Shown here in pieces: positions 61,219-64,000 of a DNA stretch of 64,000 bases. Location of the stretch: sequence record OY726582. One strand, written 5' to 3'. Under the pieces are notes generated by a model. That model worked only from the letters and a program-made list of their open reading frames with translations. It had not been told where the DNA came from and searched no databases. The translations under genes were made by a program, and so were the position numbers. Within the stretch, counting starts at the first letter, position 1. Each line of letters begins with the position of its first letter. The DNA comes from Escherichia phage vB_Eco_NicPhage.

Positions 61219-62733
61219 ATGACAGATATTAAAGTACATTTTCACGATTTTAGCCATGTAAGAATTGAATGCGACGAAAGCGTGTTCTATGAATTACGCG
61301 ACTTTTTTAGCTTTGAAGCCGATGGGTACAAATTCAACCCGCGTTACAAATATGGGAACTGGGATGGTAGAATTCGACTTTTAGATTACAACCGTTTGTT
61401 ACCATATGGACTTGTAGGACAAATAAAAAAGTTCTGTAGCAATATGAGTTATTCTGTATGGGTTGACCCTAAAATCTTTGAGACCGAAGACCTTACCAGA
61501 GAAGATTTTGACGCATGGCTTTCTAAACAAGAAATTTATTCGGGCAACGCCAAAATCGAACCACATTGGTATCAAAAAGATGCAGTATATGAAGGACTAG
61601 TTAATCGTCGTCGAATTTTAAACCTTCCGACATCAGCAGGTAAATCACTAATCCAAGCACTTTTAGCTCGATATTATCTAGAGAACTATGAAGGTAAAAT
61701 TCTCATTATCGTCCCTACAACAGCATTGACAACCCAGATGGCTAATGATTTTGTTGATTATCGCTTGTTTAGTCATTCGATGATTAAGAAAATTGGCGGT
61801 GGTGCTGATAAAGCAGACAAATCTAAAAACGACGCTCCAATTATTGTTGGCACATGGCAAACAGTAGTTAAGCAGCCTAAAGAATGGTTCTCTCAGTTCG
61901 GTATGATGATGAACGATGAATGCCACTTAGCAACAGGCAAAAGTATTTCTTCAATCATCGCAGGATTAAATAATTGTATGTTTAAATTCGGTTTATCTGG
62001 CTCATTAAGAGACGGAAAGGCCAATGTAATGCAGTACGTAGGTATGTTCGGCGAAATCTTCCGTCCTGTTAGCACGTCTAAATTAATGGAAGATGGACAG
62101 GTAACTGAGCTTAAGATTAATAGTATTTTCCTTCGTTATCCAGACGAATTCGCCACCAAATTAAAAGGTAAAACATACCAAGAAGAAGTTAAAATTATTA
62201 CCGGACTAAAACGACGTACAAAGTGGATTGCTCAACTTTCAGTCAAATTGGCTAAGAAAGACGAGAACGCTTTTGTAATGTTTAAACACGTTACACACGG
62301 TAAAGAAATATTTGAAGCTATTAAAGAGCTTGGATACGAAAAAGTTTATTACGTATCAGGTGAAGTTGATACTGAAACACGTAACGCGCTTAAAGTCATG
62401 GCAGAAAATGGTAAAGGCATTATTATTGTCGCATCATATGGAGTATTCTCTACTGGTATTTCAGTCAAGAATCTTCATCATGTTATTTTTGCCCATGGTG
62501 TTAAATCAAAAATTATCGTACTTCAAACCGTAGGTCGCGTGCTTCGTAAGCATGGTTCTAAATCTGTTGCTACAGTTTGGGATCTCATCGACGATGCAGG
62601 TGTAAAACCTAAATCATTAAATACTAAAAAGAAGTATACTCATCTTAATTACTTGTTAAAACACGGTATTGATCGTATCCAACGTTACGCTGATGAGAAA
62701 TTTAACTATGTAATGAAAACAATTAATTTATAA
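61219..62733 (+). CDS. uvsW: UvsW RNA-DNA / DNA-DNA helicase
   Basis: 504 aa; SF2 helicase motifs (PTSAGKS, DECH); strong similarity to T4 UvsW N-terminus as recalled. Confidence 0.9.
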   Translation: MTDIKVHFHDFSHVRIECDESVFYELRDFFSFEADGYKFNPRYKYGNWDGRIRLLDYNRLLPYGLVGQIKKFCSNMSYSVWVDPKIFETEDLTREDFDAWLSKQEIYSGNAKIEPHWYQKDAVYEGLVNRRRILNLPTSAGKSLIQALLARYYLENYEGKILIIVPTTALTTQMANDFVDYRLFSHSMIKKIGGGADKADKSKNDAPIIVGTWQTVVKQPKEWFSQFGMMMNDECHLATGKSISSIIAGLNNCMFKFGLSGSLRDGKANVMQYVGMFGEIFRPVSTSKLMEDGQVTELKINSIFLRYPDEFATKLKGKTYQEEVKIITGLKRRTKWIAQLSVKLAKKDENAFVMFKHVTHGKEIFEAIKELGYEKVYYVSGEVDTETRNALKVMAENGKGIIIVASYGVFSTGISVKNLHHVIFAHGVKSKIIVLQTVGRVLRKHGSKSVATVWDLIDDAGVKPKSLNTKKKYTHLNYLLKHGIDRIQRYADEKFNYVMKTINL

Positions 62734-62758
62734 GGGCTTCGGCCCTTAGGAGATAAAA

Positions 62759-62989
62759 ATGGTACTTGAATTTAAACAATTTTTATACGAAGCATCTATT
62801 GACGAATTCATGGGTAAAATTGCTAGTTGTCATACCCTAGAAGGGCTTGAAGAATTGGAAGCTTATTATAAGAAACGTATAAAAGAAACGGAATTAAAAG
62901 ATACAGATGATATTTCTGTCAGGGATGCCTTAGCAGGTAAGCGTGCCGAACTTGAAGGCGATGATGAGGATGTGGAAGAAGACTTCTAA
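62759..62989 (+). CDS. uvsW.1: UvsW.1 accessory protein
   Basis: 76 aa acidic ORF directly after uvsW, as in T4. Confidence 0.75.
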   Translation: MVLEFKQFLYEASIDEFMGKIASCHTLEGLEELEAYYKKRIKETELKDTDDISVRDALAGKRAELEGDDEDVEEDF

Positions 62990-63047
62990 TTAAAAAAAGG
63001 CCCGACCTTTTTGGAAGGGCCAAAAACCATAGGCAAAAAAGGTAACA

Positions 63048-63215
63048 CTATAGTAAAAGTTGGGTTTCATTCAATTGCTCTTCTGAACTTTCTGAAACCG
63101 GCAATTGTTGGACATAATTATAACAAGGACCAGGATGTGCTGGACCTTTGTCTGTTTCAACAACCAATGCAGAATCGATTGGAGTTTTACAGACAACACA
63201 AATCTTATCTGACAT
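63048..63215 (-). CDS. uvsY.-2: small Cys-containing protein (uvsY.-2 position)
   Basis: 55 aa minus-strand ORF MSDKICVVCKTPIDS... with SD GGAGGCAAT; preferred over the antisense plus-strand track ORF 63011..63217. Confidence 0.5.
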   Translation of the reverse strand: MSDKICVVCKTPIDSALVVETDKGPAHPGPCYNYVQQLPVSESSEEQLNETQLLL

Positions 63216-63247
63216 GATTGCCTCCTAAGTTGAAATTACATATCTAT

Positions 63248-63472
63248 TTATACCACTCGCATGCACATATCGATACCCATATCTTTTGTATAAAAATACT
63301 CGTCGATGTACCCAGCAAACTTCCCTTTAATATAAAGGACGTCTTCGCCACAAGGGTGGTCTGCCAGGATACGAATATCCTGACGACGTAGACGATACTT
63401 TTCCATTAAGAATTTAATTTCAGTTTCAAATTCTTCGTCATTATTAAAGGCATCTTCAATTGAATAACGCAT
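63248..63472 (-). CDS. uvsY.-1: UvsY.-1-like small protein
   Basis: 74 aa; ATG overlaps uvsY stop (TAATG). Confidence 0.65.
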   Translation of the reverse strand: MRYSIEDAFNNDEEFETEIKFLMEKYRLRRQDIRILADHPCGEDVLYIKGKFAGYIDEYFYTKDMGIDMCMRVV

Positions 63473-63885
63473 TATTGCCCCGCTTCAAATTCTCGCATAT
63501 CCTGGATATGTTTAAGTGCAAAACTACGAGACTTAACTGCGTCAAGTGCACCACTACAGAACTCAAGTAAAATTCCCCAGTATTGTAAAGTAGTCTCTAT
63601 TTTAAGCACATCTTTATCTGCAGCCAGGACAGTTTTCATTTCAGATTTCTCGTATCGGTCCATACTGAATTCATCACCGTCACCTCGTCCCGAGTAGTAG
63701 TCTAATCTTGCTTTTAGAGCAGTTTTCTTCTGAGTCTCTATACGCAACATTTCTTTACGAATAAATGAGTGCTTACGTAGCCATTTGCTGTATAACTTAA
63801 CATTATTCGCCGTCTCATATTGCAACTTTGTCATATCAATAGCTAAGTCTGCGTCTAACTCTTCCTGTAAATCTTCCAGCTTCAT
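63472..63885 (-). CDS. uvsY: recombination mediator UvsY
   Basis: 137 aa; near-identity to T4 UvsY as recalled (M.LEDLQEEL...LQYE.ANNV.LYSKWL.KHS.I.KEMLRIE.QKK.ALKARLDYYSGRGDGDEFSMDRYEKSEMKTVL). Confidence 0.95.
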   Translation of the reverse strand: MKLEDLQEELDADLAIDMTKLQYETANNVKLYSKWLRKHSFIRKEMLRIETQKKTALKARLDYYSGRGDGDEFSMDRYEKSEMKTVLAADKDVLKIETTLQYWGILLEFCSGALDAVKSRSFALKHIQDMREFEAGQ

Positions 63886-63925
63886 AATATTCTCTCTTTA
63901 ACTAATAATCTCCCGGCTGTATCGG

Positions 63926-63968
63926 AAGGACCTAAAACCATTATACATAGGTTGCCTTGAAGCATTAC
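63926..63968 (-). promoter_or_regulatory. middle (MotA-type) promoter upstream of uvsY
   Basis: Minus strand AATGCTTCA + 12 bp + TATAAT-GGTTTTAGGTCC. Confidence 0.5.
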
Positions 63969-64000
63969 ACTCTATTGCTTGACGCTAACTGAAGTTTAAT

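Noticed and set aside
63011-63217. Plus-strand 68-aa ORF after uvsW.1
   Set aside because: Follows a terminator-like hairpin and lacks an SD; the opposite strand encodes a 55-aa ORF with strong SD in the T4 uvsY.-2 position.

Overview
This window is a T4-like (T-even, Tevenvirinae-type) myovirus genome segment, clearly syntenic with phage T4 but not T4 itself (the lysozyme is roughly 80% identical to T4 e as recalled from memory). Positions 1-25.9 kb are an early/middle region on the minus strand: rI, tk, a macro-domain protein, vs, an SLT-domain protein, regB, a GrcA-like protein, denV, lysozyme e, nudE, a hyperplastic block of small ORFs, internal-protein (IP) genes, tRNA-Arg and tRNA-Ile2/Met, acb1 (57B), 57A, and genes 1, 3, 2, 4. 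Positions 25.9-56.9 kb are the late structural module on the plus strand: 53, 5, 5.1, 5.4, 6-12, wac, 13, a GIY-YIG homing endonuclease, 14, 15, 16, 17, 18, 19, 20, 67, 68, 21, 22, 23, 24. These are followed by rnlB, hoc, inh (minus), segE-like, uvsW, uvsW.1 (plus) and uvsY.-2, uvsY.-1, uvsY (minus). The main anomaly is a perfect 127-bp tandem duplication inside tail gene 15 that shifts the frame and splits the gene. Other notable points are a GIY-YIG endonuclease inserted between genes 13 and 14, about 13 near-identical early-promoter cassettes with dyad symmetry, RBS-sequestering hairpins, three tandem paralogs with a conserved C-terminal W-V-S-S-S-x-x-C tail, candidate anti-defence genes (Acb1, macro domain, two nucleotidyltransferase-fold proteins) and an ORF-free putative stable-RNA segment next to the tRNAs. 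No CRISPR array, integrase or transposase was seen. Coordinates follow the supplied ORF track; where the track begins at an upstream TTG or lacks a Shine-Dalgarno (SD), I moved the start to an internal ATG with an SD and say so. No database search was run; all homology statements are from memory and motif inspection.
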